The notes: generated by a model not told the origin, from the sequence alone. Shown: positions 1 to 9,738, counted from the stretch's first letter. The stretch is 64,000 nucleotides of DNA from Myxococcota bacterium (GCA_044344255.1 JBIJDH010000003.1:512001-576000), one strand, 5' to 3'. Program-made: numbers and translations.

Positions 1-957
1 GCCGTGCCAGAGGCCGCCGAGCAGCATGGTGAGCATCAGGTTGCGATAGGGCGCGCGCTGGCTCCCGCCGAGAGGGATGTAGAGATAATCGCGGAGCCAC
101 TGGGACAGAGAGATGTGCCAGCGGCGCCACAGCTCGGAGGGGGTCTCGGCGAAGAAGGGGCGGCGGAAGTTCTCCAGCAGCTCGACGCCGAACAGCTTGG
201 CGAGGCCGCGGGCGATGTCGGAGTAGCCCGAGAAGTCGCAGTAGATCTGCCAGGTGAAGGCGTAGCTCGCCAGCAGCACGCCAAAGCCGCCGGGGGACTG
301 GCCGTCAAAGCCCTGCGCCACGAGGGGGGCGAGGTTGTCGGCGACGACATCCTTCTTGAAGAAGCCCCAGCAGAGCAGCCAGGCCGCGGTGGCTACCTGA
401 TCCGCGCTGGGGCGGCTCATCGGCTTGAGCTGGGGGAGCAGCAGGGCGGAGCGCTGGATCGGCCCCGCGACCATGTGGGGGAAGAAGGTGATGAAGAGGA
501 GGAAGTCAAAGTAGCCGCGGACCGGGGGGAGCTCGCTCCGATAGACGTCGACAGAATACCCGATGGCCTGGAAGGTGTAGAAGCTGATGCCCACCGGCAA
601 CACCAGGGTCAGGCTCGGGCCGAGCGATCCGAGCCCGAGCGTCTCGAGGAGGATCGTGAGCTGCTCGCTGAAGAAGCCGAGATATTTGAAGGTCGCCAGC
701 GTGGCGAGGTTGCTCACGACAGAGGCGACGAGCAAGGCCTTTCGGCGGCCGGGCGATGCGCCGTCCATCGCGCGGGTGAGCAGCCAGTCGAGGCTCGTGG
801 TCGCGAGGAGGAGCCCGAGGAAGCGGACGCTCCACCAGCCATAAAACAGGAGGGAGCCGGCCAGCAACAGCCAACGGCCGAGGCGGAGCGGAGCGGCCCG
901 CCACAGAGGGTAGAGGGTCAGGAAGAACAGGAAGAAGATGGGGGAGTCGAACAGCAT
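1..957 (-). CDS. MBOAT family O-acyltransferase (AlgI/DltB-like), 3' end runs off the window
   Basis: Not in the ORF track because it has no stop in the window. Manual translation from ATG at 957 gives MLFDSPIFF..., LPVGISFYTFQ, FFPHMVAGPIQR, QIYCDFSGYSDIARG, WRRWHISLSQWLRDYLYIPLGG and MLLGGLWHG, all hallmark MBOAT motifs. Confidence 0.93.
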   Translation of the reverse strand, partial: MLFDSPIFFLFFLTLYPLWRAAPLRLGRWLLLAGSLLFYGWWSVRFLGLLLATTSLDWLLTRAMDGASPGRRKALLVASVVSNLATLATFKYLGFFSEQLTILLETLGLGSLGPSLTLVLPVGISFYTFQAIGYSVDVYRSELPPVRGYFDFLLFITFFPHMVAGPIQRSALLLPQLKPMSRPSADQVATAAWLLCWGFFKKDVVADNLAPLVAQGFDGQSPGGFGVLLASYAFTWQIYCDFSGYSDIARGLAKLFGVELLENFRRPFFAETPSELWRRWHISLSQWLRDYLYIPLGGSQRAPYRNLMLTMLLGGLWHG

Positions 958-973
958 GCCGACCGCCAGCCTA

Positions 974-2440
974 TCACGGCTGCGCAGCGGCCCCCTCGGC
1001 GGCGGGCGCAGGGCCGATGGTGTCGAAGTAGCGGCCGAGCAGGGCCCGGCGACCCTCGGGCAGGTCGCCTTCGGCGGCCTCTCCCTCGGCGATGGCGCTG
1101 TACTGGTCGAAGAGCGCGCTGTATCCCTGGCTCGCGGCGCCGCCCGTCTGCCCCGCCTCGAGCTCGCGCAGCAGCCCCTCGGGGGACCGCCTCCACTGGC
1201 TGCGGAGCTGCTCTTCGACGAAGCGGCGCCGGGCGCGGGTGTCCTCCTGGCCGAGGGGGTCGGTGGTGCCGGACTGGTCATTCACGCCGCCCGCCCCTGG
1301 GGGGCCCTCCCCCCCAGCCTCGTTGGCGTCGCTGGGGGTACCCGCGGTGACCGGCGCTTTGGACGTGAGGCCCGTCTTGGTCTCTCCGCCCGGCGGCGCC
1401 ATCGCCTCTCCACCGTCCTTGGCGGTGGCGGCCTCGTCGGCCTCGCCGGCCCGCGTCTCCTCGGAGGCCTTCTCGGCCTCCGGCGGGAGCTCGCCCGGGG
1501 TGGTGGTGGCGCCCTTGGGGTCTGCGGCGCCGATCTCGGGGGCCTTGGCGGTGGGGGCGCTCGGCTCGCGCGCCACGGTCTCGCTCGAGGGGGGCGCGGA
1601 GGCGGCGAGGCCGGGGCCGGCGCCCTTCGGGCCCTCCTCCCCGTGGGCGCCGCGGCGGGCGTTCACGCCCTGCCCAAATTGGGGCTGCTCGGCTTCGGCC
1701 GCGGGGGCCTCGGCTGCGGCCAGTCGATCGGGGCTGGGGCTCCCGCTGCGCGCGGCCTCCCCGCCGTTGAGGCCCGCCCCGAGGGCCTCCCAGAGCTGGT
1801 TGAGCGCGGCCGCGAGGGGGCCGCTCGCCGCATCGGTCGGCTCGGCCTCCGCCGGCCGCTCGGTGGACCTCCGAGGCGCGTCGGCGACGGGGGCGGCCGG
1901 CTCCTCCCGAGGCTCCGCAGGGTCGAGGGGCGCGGCGGGGGCGCCGTCGGACAGGGCCGAGCTTTGGTCCGGCGGGGGCTCTCCGTGTCCGCGGAGGGTG
2001 AGCAGGGTGAGCAGGGCGAGGCCGACCAAGAGCGCCCCGCCGTAGGCGCGGGGGAAGGTGACCGGGTGCAGGGAGGCGCCGATGGTCTGCGGGGCCCGGC
2101 GGAGCGCGGAGGCGGCGACGTAGGCCTGCAGACCGGGGTCTCCGACGGCCTCCGCTCGCGCCACGGCGAGCGCGGTGGTGAAGAGCCCCTCGCCGCCGTC
2201 GGCGCGATCGACCTCGCGGGCGAGGGTGTCGAGGGAGATCCGCCGACGGTGGGCGAGGGTGAGCTCCACCGCGAGGGCCCCGAAGATCAGCCCCGAGGCG
2301 ACGACCCCGGGCGCCTGCAGCGCGAGGGCGAGGGGGAGGAGGAGGCCGATCAGGGCCCCGGACCGGCCGGCGAGCTCGACGAGGCGCCGCCGATCGTGGC
2401 CGGCCTTCCAGCTGTGGAGCGTGTTCAGGAGCGGGCTCAG
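974..2440 (-). CDS. Membrane-anchored protein with long Ala/Pro/Glu-rich linker and conserved-looking C-terminus (start uncertain, possibly CTG)
   Basis: 3' part of ORF 974..2896. Two to three TM helices, then LAREVDRADGGEGLFTTALA, low-complexity sequence and C-terminal LPEGRRALLGRYF. Resembles proteins found with MoxR/vWA systems (recalled, not checked). GGAGG precedes CTG at 2440. Confidence 0.6.
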   Translation of the reverse strand: MSPLLNTLHSWKAGHDRRRLVELAGRSGALIGLLLPLALALQAPGVVASGLIFGALAVELTLAHRRRISLDTLAREVDRADGGEGLFTTALAVARAEAVGDPGLQAYVAASALRRAPQTIGASLHPVTFPRAYGGALLVGLALLTLLTLRGHGEPPPDQSSALSDGAPAAPLDPAEPREEPAAPVADAPRRSTERPAEAEPTDAASGPLAAALNQLWEALGAGLNGGEAARSGSPSPDRLAAAEAPAAEAEQPQFGQGVNARRGAHGEEGPKGAGPGLAASAPPSSETVAREPSAPTAKAPEIGAADPKGATTTPGELPPEAEKASEETRAGEADEAATAKDGGEAMAPPGGETKTGLTSKAPVTAGTPSDANEAGGEGPPGAGGVNDQSGTTDPLGQEDTRARRRFVEEQLRSQWRRSPEGLLRELEAGQTGGAASQGYSALFDQYSAIAEGEAAEGDLPEGRRALLGRYFDTIGPAPAAEGAAAQP

Positions 2441-2629
2441 GGGACCTCCGACCCGCCGGCCACCGCCAGCGGGGCGGGTGCGTCCAGGGGCGGGCAGGGG
2501 GGGCAGGCAGGGGGGGGCAGGCGGAGGAGGGCGGGACCTAACGGACAGTGTACGCTGGCGCCCGAAGGGCAACGCCCCGGCCTCGGAACGGGTGCCCAAG
2601 CTCCGCCGTCTGTGGCATACCTGCCTGCG

Positions 2630-4549
2630 ATGAAGCCGAAGCCCTCGAAGACCGCGCGCGCGCCGAAGCCCTCGCCGCCGCCCTCGCCGCCGCCCCCCCA
2701 GCCGCCTCTCCGCCGCCCTTGGCTCGAGGCGGTGGGGGCCGCCGCGTTGGCCGCCGCGCTCACCTGGCCGATGGTGCTCGATCCCGCTGGGCCCGCCCTC
2801 GGGCACGTGCGGGCCGACGGCATGAAGCACCTGTGGACGCTCTGGTGGATGCGGGCGAGCGTCTGGCAGGAGGGGGCCTTCCCCTTTCACACCCACCTCA
2901 TCAACTTTCCCGTGGGGATGGACCTCTATCCCATCGAGCCCCTCAACGGCCTGCTGGCGGTGCTGCTCCCCTCGCTCGGCGTCACGCTGCTCAGCAACGC
3001 GCTCGTCTTCCTCAACCTGACCCTCACCGGCCTCGCGGGGGCCTGGTTCGGGCGGATCGTGTCCGGCTCCCGCCTCGGCGGCCTCGTGGCGGGCGCCCTG
3101 CTCGAGGGCTCAGCGGTGATGGCCTTCTTCGTGCATGTGGGCGTGGGGGAGCTGAGCCACCTCTGGTGGTTGCCGCTCGGCCTCGGCTGCCTGCTGCGCG
3201 CCCGTGAGAGCCTGGAGCTCCGCTGGTTCTTCGCGCTGTCGGCCTGCCTCGCGGGCGCGGTGCTCTCCTGCTTCTACATCGGCTTCTTCCTGGCGATCGG
3301 GGTCTCGGTCTACGCGCTGGTCACCCTCGGCGGGGGGCCCTCCCTCGGCCGCCTGCTCCCCCGCTATGCGCTCGCCGCCGGCCTCTCGCTCGGCGTGGTG
3401 CTCCCGGTGACCCGCACCTTCGCGGACAGCTATCGCTCGAAGGAGGTGCCCGCCGTCGGCCTCTGGGCCTGGATCAGCGGGGAGCACGGTCAGTCCGTGA
3501 CCGACCCCGTGAGCGCCCGCCTCGAGCCCCTCCAGCTCGTCCATTCGAATCGGTGGGCCGCGGCCTGGGAGGATGAGGCCTACCGGGGCGGGCGGTACAT
3601 CGGCGTCGCGGCGCTGGCCTTGGCGCTCGTGGGCCTCGCTCGCTCGCCCCGGAAGGCGGCGCCGTGGCTGCTCGCCGGGCTGCTCTGCGCGGTCCTGGCC
3701 ATGGGCTCGTACCTCTGTCGGGACGGGCAGCCGGTCTTGGTGGGCGGGGCGCGCATCCGCCTGCCGCTGCTCTACCTGAACCGGCTCCTCGGCTACGTGG
3801 CCGAGCCGCTCAACTTCCCGGTGCGCTTCCTGGCGATGACCACGACGGCGCTGTCGGCCCTCGCGGCGCTGGCGGTGGCGCCGGGCGGGCGCCGCTGGAC
3901 CCCCTACCTCGCGCTGCTGGTGCCGATCTCCATCTTCGAGGTCGCGGGGGCCGAGCTCAACCCCTGGCCCTGGGCCCGCTTTGACCTGCCGGACAGCGCG
4001 CCCATCACCCGGCTCCAGGCCGAGCCCCCGGGGGCGGTGGTCGACCTCGCCCTCCTCCTGCGGCCCGACGCCCAGAACCGGCTCCTCTCCCTGTCCAATC
4101 AGATCGCCCACGGACAGGCCACACAGGCCGTGCCGATCGAGCGCATCGAATTCTTCGCGCGGGAGGGGCACTGGTTCGTGCGCGCGCTGCCCTTGTTTGA
4201 AGACCTCTATCCCCTCTATGAGCGCGGACAGGGGAGCCTGCGGGGCGGCCCCGAGGGAGGCGCGCTGCCCGGAGATTATCGGAGAGACATCGCGCTCCTC
4301 CGCGACGCCGGCTTCCGGTGGGTGCTGCTGTCCTATCCCGGTGAGATCGCCCACATGCCAGAGGCGATGGTCGCGGCGCTCGACGGGGTCTTCGGGCCCC
4401 CGGCGGGGGTGTCGGCGGGGCAGGGGCTCTGGGAGATCCCGGTGGTGGAGGCGACCGAGGTGGAGCTCACCGCGTGGCGGGCCGAGCACGCCGCCTCCCT
4501 CGCGGCGCGGTCCCGGAGCCCCGAGGTGATGGGGCCTGCGCTGCGCTGA
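2630..4549 (+). CDS. Multi-TM membrane protein, GT-C/YfhO-like glycosyltransferase
   Basis: ATG at 2630 within ORF 938..4549. About 10 TM helices, DGMKHLWTLWW...PFHTHLINFPVG and FPVRF motifs, and a periplasmic C-terminal domain. Confidence 0.65.
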   Translation: MKPKPSKTARAPKPSPPPSPPPPQPPLRRPWLEAVGAAALAAALTWPMVLDPAGPALGHVRADGMKHLWTLWWMRASVWQEGAFPFHTHLINFPVGMDLYPIEPLNGLLAVLLPSLGVTLLSNALVFLNLTLTGLAGAWFGRIVSGSRLGGLVAGALLEGSAVMAFFVHVGVGELSHLWWLPLGLGCLLRARESLELRWFFALSACLAGAVLSCFYIGFFLAIGVSVYALVTLGGGPSLGRLLPRYALAAGLSLGVVLPVTRTFADSYRSKEVPAVGLWAWISGEHGQSVTDPVSARLEPLQLVHSNRWAAAWEDEAYRGGRYIGVAALALALVGLARSPRKAAPWLLAGLLCAVLAMGSYLCRDGQPVLVGGARIRLPLLYLNRLLGYVAEPLNFPVRFLAMTTTALSALAALAVAPGGRRWTPYLALLVPISIFEVAGAELNPWPWARFDLPDSAPITRLQAEPPGAVVDLALLLRPDAQNRLLSLSNQIAHGQATQAVPIERIEFFAREGHWFVRALPLFEDLYPLYERGQGSLRGGPEGGALPGDYRRDIALLRDAGFRWVLLSYPGEIAHMPEAMVAALDGVFGPPAGVSAGQGLWEIPVVEATEVELTAWRAEHAASLAARSRSPEVMGPALR

Positions 4550-4570
4550 ACCCGGGAGCGGGCCGGTGCT

Positions 4571-5797
4571 TCAACCTTGCGGGCGGCGCGGCGGGCTGAG
4601 CTGACCGAGCCGCACGGCGTCGTAGCCGAAGCGGGCCCGCACGGCGTCGAGGGCCTGGGCGATTGGCTCACGGGGCCGCGCAAAGGGGAGGGGGAGCTGG
4701 GGCCCGGGCAGGACCAGGCCGGAGGCGGTGACGCCCACGAGGCGGACGGCGGCGCGGCGGGTCCAGAGGGCGCGGAGCAGCGAGAGTGCGAGGGGGCGGA
4801 GCAGCGCTTCGTCGGCGGTGGGGCTCACCGAGCGGGCGTGGGTGTGGGTGTCAAAGTCGGCGTAGCGCACCTTCACGCTCAGGGTGCCGAGCAAGGCGCC
4901 GCGCTGCCGGACCCGCCAGGCCACCCGCTCCACCAGGGCCAGAACCTGATCCTCCACGGCGGTGCGATCGGAGAGGTCGGCGTGAAAGGTGCGCTCGTTG
5001 GAGATTGAGCCGTCCACGCCGCCCTCGGGGTCGTGCTCATGGAAGGCGGGGCGGTCGGCGCCGAGGGGGGAGCGGCGGGCCGGATCGATCCCCGCCTCGA
5101 CCCGGGCCCGCTCGCCGGCGCAGGGGTGGTGGAGGGGGGTCTCGAGGATCTGCCCGAGGGTCAGGAGGCCAGCGGCGTGGAGCCGCGCCTCCGCCACCGG
5201 GCCGATGCCGGGGAAGCGGCGCACGGGCAGCGGGCTCACGAAGGCGCGCTCCCCGCCGACAGGCACGAAGACGAGGCCGTTCGGCTTGGCTCGGCCGCTC
5301 GCCATCTTGGCGATGGCGCGGGTGCTGCCGAGGCCGGCGCTGGCCGGCAAGCCCGTCTCCTCGAAGATGGCGGCCCGCAGAGACTCGATGGAGCGGCAGA
5401 TCGTGGCGTCGGGGGAGGAGTCGCCGGGGCGGGCGAAGAGGCGCTCACAGCCCGTGTAGTCGAGGAAGAACTCGTCGATGCTCGCGACCTGAACAGCCGG
5501 GCAGTGGTCCTGGACCACCCGGCGCACCCGACGGGAGTAGTCGCAGTAGGCGGAGTGACGGATGGGGAGGTAGACGGCGTCGGGCGCGAGCCGCCGCGCC
5601 TCGGAGATGGACATGCCGGCGTGAACACCGAAGGCACGCACCTCATAGGAGCAGGCCGTGACGACACCACGGTGGCCGGGCGCGGCCCCCACCACCACGG
5701 GACGGCCGTGGAGGGAGGGGTCAAACAGGCGCTCCACCGACACGAAGAAGGTGTCGAGGTCGAGGCAGCAGACACGCGCGGCAGAGGCGGGGCTCAC
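4571..5797 (-). CDS. dinB: DNA polymerase IV (Y family)
   Basis: CLDLDTFFVSVE, VVTACSYEVRAFGVHAGM, SIDEFFLD, AKMASGRAKPNG, FPGIGP, SISNERTF and VRLVGV. Catalytic acidic residues are intact. Confidence 0.95.
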   Translation of the reverse strand: MSPASAARVCCLDLDTFFVSVERLFDPSLHGRPVVVGAAPGHRGVVTACSYEVRAFGVHAGMSISEARRLAPDAVYLPIRHSAYCDYSRRVRRVVQDHCPAVQVASIDEFFLDYTGCERLFARPGDSSPDATICRSIESLRAAIFEETGLPASAGLGSTRAIAKMASGRAKPNGLVFVPVGGERAFVSPLPVRRFPGIGPVAEARLHAAGLLTLGQILETPLHHPCAGERARVEAGIDPARRSPLGADRPAFHEHDPEGGVDGSISNERTFHADLSDRTAVEDQVLALVERVAWRVRQRGALLGTLSVKVRYADFDTHTHARSVSPTADEALLRPLALSLLRALWTRRAAVRLVGVTASGLVLPGPQLPLPFARPREPIAQALDAVRARFGYDAVRLGQLSPPRRPQG

Positions 5798-5813
5798 TGC
5801 TCATCTGTACAGC
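5797..5813. promoter_or_regulatory. LexA (SOS) box overlapping the dinB start codon
   Basis: CTGCTCATCTGTACAGC is CTG-N10-CAG and matches 15 of 17 positions of the Myxococcus LexA consensus CTRHAMRYBYGTTCAGS. Confidence 0.75.
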
Positions 5814-5853
5814 GCTGCGGCCGGGCTGTCCAGCGGGGCCGGCGGGGGCCCGA

Positions 5854-7734
5854 TCAGGGGCAGCGGTACAGGCCGACCCGGCGACTCGAGAGGTGGAGAT
5901 CGAGATCGAGCCGCCCGTCGAGCAGGGCGCCGCGCCAGAGCTGGCAGCCCTCGACCGAACAGCCGCCGTCGGCGAGGCAGCTGAGGCCAACGTAGCGGAG
6001 GTCCCCCTCTGAGAGGGACCAGCGGGCCGGGCCGAGGGCGCCCATGACGTCGGTGAAGGCGCTGGCGCGGTGCGGGCGGGGATCGACCTGGACGACCGAC
6101 TCGGCGGGGAGAGCTCGGGCCGCGGCCCGAAGGAACTGCCACTCCTGCGTCTGCACCCAGGGTGAGATCCGGAGCGAGGGCAGCAGGGTGAGCAGGCTGG
6201 CGGGGAGGGCCCAGGCGGGCAGCGCGGTGAGGCCGATCCCTGCGAGGGCGAGCCACGGCGCTTGGGCGGAGAGCTGCAGGCGAAGGGCATCGACCAGCGG
6301 CGAGACCTTGGTCGCGACCGGCAGGGTCGTGAGCGCCGCCCAGAGCAGCCAAGGTGTCAGCTCCGATCGCTGGTGTCGGGCGAGGCGCGCGAGCCCGAAG
6401 AGGGTGAGGCCGCCCAGCACTGGCGGGGTGAGGCCGGCGTGCCAGAAGAGCTGAAAGGACGACGCTGGCCCGGCCGCACCGAGGCGCGGGAGCAGCAGCT
6501 CCCAGCCGGGCGCCCGAAGCAGCCCACCACCGCCGGGATCGGCCCCGAGCGTGAGCACCCGCCAGACGAAGAGCCCGCCGAGCAGCGCGCCGCCGAGGAG
6601 CATGCCTCGCCAGGGCAGGGGAGCGGGCTCTGCCGCAGACCGACGGCGGAGGGCGAACCAGAGCGGAGGCAGGATCGCGAAGGGCAGGGCGTCAGGCCGG
6701 ATGTGCAGGGCCATCCCCGCGGCGAGGGCGGCGAGCGCGGCCTCCCGCGCCCGACCCTCGCGGGCGAAGGCGTCGGCGGCCAGGAGCGCGATGAGCTCGA
6801 AGGTGACCACGCTCACGTGCAGGGTCTCCGAGCGGGCCACGCCGATGTGGCTCGGTAGCAGCGCGAAGAAGAGACCCGCCGCGAGGCCGGCCCGCCCGCC
6901 GGCCGAACGCCGCACCAGGGCGGCGAGCAGCGGGGGCGCGAGCGAGGAGAGGAGCAGGTTCATCCCGAAGACGCTGTCGGGCCAGCGAGGCAGGCCGCCC
7001 ATCAGCGCGGGCCAGCCGGCCCCGTTGGGGCTGTCGGTGTCGAAGCGCGCCGCGGCGAGCTTCTCGTAGCCGGCGAGGGCGCCGTTCACGAGGCCCTCGG
7101 GGGAGAGCGCGAGCCGGACCAAGAAGGCGGTGGCGCCGACGAGCAGGAGGGTGCGATCGAGCCGCGCGGCGCGGAGCCCGAGCAGGCCGATGAGCAGCAG
7201 CGCCAGGCGGAGCACCGCGGTTCCGGGGCGCAGGCGAGGCGGCTCGAGGGTGGGGCGGCCCTCTGCTCGTCCGGGCGCGGGGGCGCCCGGTCCGTCGGTG
7301 GGTGTCGCCGGGCCACCCTCGGCGGGGCGGGCTCGGAGCTGCGGCGGTCGCTCGGTGAGGCGCCGACAGAGCGGCTCCATGCCTGCGCGCCCGTCCTCTC
7401 CCGAGAGGTCTCCCCGGGGGAAGATCGTGAGCCCGGCGGCCTCGCAGAGCCCGCCCGCGCCGGTGGTCAGCTCTGCTACCGCCTCGCCGCCGCCCGGCTG
7501 TCGGAGCCAGTAACGCTGGTACTCGGGGTGAAGCTCGACGCGGGTGACCACCGCCCCATCCAGCACCTCTCCGGCCTCGGCCAAGGTGTCCGCGGGGGTC
7601 GCTGGGGTCGCTGCGGGCGCGGCGACCGCCACGGTCGAGAGGTGGGCCGCCAGCAGCAGCCCGGGGCAGAGCAGCGCGCCGGGACGGAGGCCCCCCCGGG
7701 CGGTCGGAGCGCCGCGCGAGGGCCGGTCCCTCAG
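5854..7734 (-). CDS. Multi-TM protein, GT-C (ArnT/PMT-like) glycosyltransferase-like, with N-terminal exported domain
   Basis: ORF 5854..7632 extends in frame to CTG at 7734, which overlaps the upstream TGA. About 10 hydrophobic segments, with FFALLPSHIGVARSE and HIRPD motifs. Confidence 0.55.
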   Translation of the reverse strand: MRDRPSRGAPTARGGLRPGALLCPGLLLAAHLSTVAVAAPAATPATPADTLAEAGEVLDGAVVTRVELHPEYQRYWLRQPGGGEAVAELTTGAGGLCEAAGLTIFPRGDLSGEDGRAGMEPLCRRLTERPPQLRARPAEGGPATPTDGPGAPAPGRAEGRPTLEPPRLRPGTAVLRLALLLIGLLGLRAARLDRTLLLVGATAFLVRLALSPEGLVNGALAGYEKLAAARFDTDSPNGAGWPALMGGLPRWPDSVFGMNLLLSSLAPPLLAALVRRSAGGRAGLAAGLFFALLPSHIGVARSETLHVSVVTFELIALLAADAFAREGRAREAALAALAAGMALHIRPDALPFAILPPLWFALRRRSAAEPAPLPWRGMLLGGALLGGLFVWRVLTLGADPGGGGLLRAPGWELLLPRLGAAGPASSFQLFWHAGLTPPVLGGLTLFGLARLARHQRSELTPWLLWAALTTLPVATKVSPLVDALRLQLSAQAPWLALAGIGLTALPAWALPASLLTLLPSLRISPWVQTQEWQFLRAAARALPAESVVQVDPRPHRASAFTDVMGALGPARWSLSEGDLRYVGLSCLADGGCSVEGCQLWRGALLDGRLDLDLHLSSRRVGLYRCP

Positions 7735-9605
7735 AGGCCGCCGCCGTAGAAGAGCACGATCTCGCCGCCGCCGTAGCTCCCGATCGCGATGTCTGGGTAG
7801 CCGTCCTTGTCGTAGTCGCCGCCGGTGTGGGTGTCGATCGAGAGGTACTCCCCATCGGTGGTGCCCGCCATGACGGCGTCCGCGGCGGTGATGTCCTGTG
7901 CGCCGATCGCGGGCCCGTACCAGAGCAGCGAGGCCCCGGCCTGGGCGGCGGTGGTGGAGTCGGCGAGCGGCATCCCGATGACGAGGTCGCTGTAGCCGTC
8001 GAGGTCGAGGTCAGCGTCGATCGAGGCCTCGAAGCCGAGGTAGTAGCCGTACGTGTCGGGGCTGCCGACGTAGAAGATGGCGTCGATGTCTCGGACGCCG
8101 AGGTCTCCCGTGAGCGGGCCGAGGAAGAGGCGGGCCGAGCCGCCCTTCCACGTCGAGGACTCGTAGTCGCCCACCAGCACGTCATCGTAGCCGTCTGCGT
8201 TCACGTCACCGGCGGCGCCGATGGAGTAGCCGAAGGCCGAGCCGCTCTCCCCGCTGATCGTGGCGTCGGCGTCGAGGTCTTCGTAGACGCCCGAGAGCTT
8301 GCCCTGGAAGAGGTAGACCTTCGGCGTGGAGGTGCCGTAGGAGCCATAGGTGTCCGAGACCCAGAGGTCTTCCACGCCGTCGGCGTCCATGTCGCCGCCG
8401 CGGGTCACGATGGAGCCGAAGTACCCGGTGCTGGAGCTGCCGATGATCGCGAGGTCAGCGAGGCTGGCGATGTCGGCCACCGCGGAGTTGAGGGGGCCCG
8501 AGACGCCCCAGACGGTCGGGGTGCCCGAGGCGCTGCCAGCGCTGTCCCCGAGGAGGAGATCGACGTCGCCGTCGTTGTTGTAGTCGAACGAGGTGTGAGA
8601 GTGGGTGAAGTCGGCGTAAGCGAGGGCGTCGTCGATCCGCGCGTAGGCCGAGCTCGTGGTGCTCGTGCCGGAGAGGGGGCCGTCGAAGATGAAGACGCGC
8701 GACTGGGTGTCGGCCACGACGAGATCGTCGTAGCCGTCCCCGGTGAGGTCGCGGCTTCCGAAGACCTGGTTGCCGAAGGTCGTGGCGGTGGTCGTGCTGC
8801 TCGGCAAGGTCAGGCGAGCGCTGTAGTCGGTGGTGGCGTCGAGGCGGGCGCCCCGCGTGAGGCCCTCGTAGACGTACACGGCGCCGTGGGCGAGGGTGGA
8901 GGTGGCGAGGTTGACGTCAGACGTGATGAGATCGTCGCGACCATCGCTGTCGAGGTCGGCGTGGCTGATCCAGACGCCGAAGCCGCCGCTGTCGCCGCCG
9001 GTGATTGACGCGCCGGCGTCGGAGTCTGCGAGGAGACCCGTCAACGGCCGGCAGCCGTTCGCCGAGCCGTCGCAGTCATTGTCGAAGCCGTCGCCGCAGA
9101 CCTCGGAGGCTCCCGGGTGGACGTCGGCCTCACTGTCGTCGCAGTCATCGCCGTTGGTGGCGGTGCCGGCGGGCGCGGTGCAGCCAGTGGCCTCGGTGTA
9201 GGGGTCGCCGAAGTCGTCGCCGTCGCGGTCTTCGAACCAGGTTGTGATGTCTACCGGCTCGTCGTCGTCGTTGATCTTGCCGTCACAGTCTTCGTCGACC
9301 TCGGCGGCGTCACACAGCTCGTCGGCGCCGGGGTGGACGTCGGGGTCGGTGTCGTCGCAGTCACCTTCAGCGACGCTGTAGCCGTCCTCGTCGGCGTCGT
9401 CGGGGCTGCCGTCTGCGCCGTCTGTACCGTCGGCGCCGTCCGAACCTCCGCTGTCTCCGGTGGGATCGCTGGTGTCGTCGCCGCCGGTGCCGTCACCGCC
9501 GCCCTGGCAGCCCGAGGGGAGGTCTTCGCAGGTCTCGTCGATCTTCGCCGTGGAGAACAGGTGGCAGCCCCCGAGGGCGACCAGCAGCAGGGGGATGGCG
9601 GACAC
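7731..9605 (-). CDS. Lipoprotein with MopE-like Cys/Asp metal-binding repeats and FG-GAP (integrin-like) propeller
   Basis: Lipobox LVALGGC. Two DCDD.....HPGA.E.C....D.DCDG repeats and several Ca-binding motifs (DLDSDGRDDL, GDVNADGYDDVLVG, DLDLDGYSDLVIG). Confidence 0.88.
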   Translation of the reverse strand: MSAIPLLLVALGGCHLFSTAKIDETCEDLPSGCQGGGDGTGGDDTSDPTGDSGGSDGADGTDGADGSPDDADEDGYSVAEGDCDDTDPDVHPGADELCDAAEVDEDCDGKINDDDEPVDITTWFEDRDGDDFGDPYTEATGCTAPAGTATNGDDCDDSEADVHPGASEVCGDGFDNDCDGSANGCRPLTGLLADSDAGASITGGDSGGFGVWISHADLDSDGRDDLITSDVNLATSTLAHGAVYVYEGLTRGARLDATTDYSARLTLPSSTTTATTFGNQVFGSRDLTGDGYDDLVVADTQSRVFIFDGPLSGTSTTSSAYARIDDALAYADFTHSHTSFDYNNDGDVDLLLGDSAGSASGTPTVWGVSGPLNSAVADIASLADLAIIGSSSTGYFGSIVTRGGDMDADGVEDLWVSDTYGSYGTSTPKVYLFQGKLSGVYEDLDADATISGESGSAFGYSIGAAGDVNADGYDDVLVGDYESSTWKGGSARLFLGPLTGDLGVRDIDAIFYVGSPDTYGYYLGFEASIDADLDLDGYSDLVIGMPLADSTTAAQAGASLLWYGPAIGAQDITAADAVMAGTTDGEYLSIDTHTGGDYDKDGYPDIAIGSYGGGEIVLFYGGGL

Positions 9606-9738
9606 GGTGCGGACCTCGGTTTGGGCGGAGCGCCGGACGGCGGCTGCGACCCAACTCGCACTATATAGCGGCCCGGGGGCCCGTCGATCTCGACCTGGGG
9701 TGGCCGGACGACGGGTTCGAACCGAAGCGGGGGATGCG

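Noticed and set aside
4..1350. 448-aa plus-strand ORF
   Set aside because: Antisense shadow of the MBOAT gene, which carries all family motifs on the minus strand.
938..2629. N-terminal half of the 1203-aa ORF as a giant fusion
   Set aside because: Antisense to gene 974..2440 with shadow-like composition. The real protein starts at ATG 2630.
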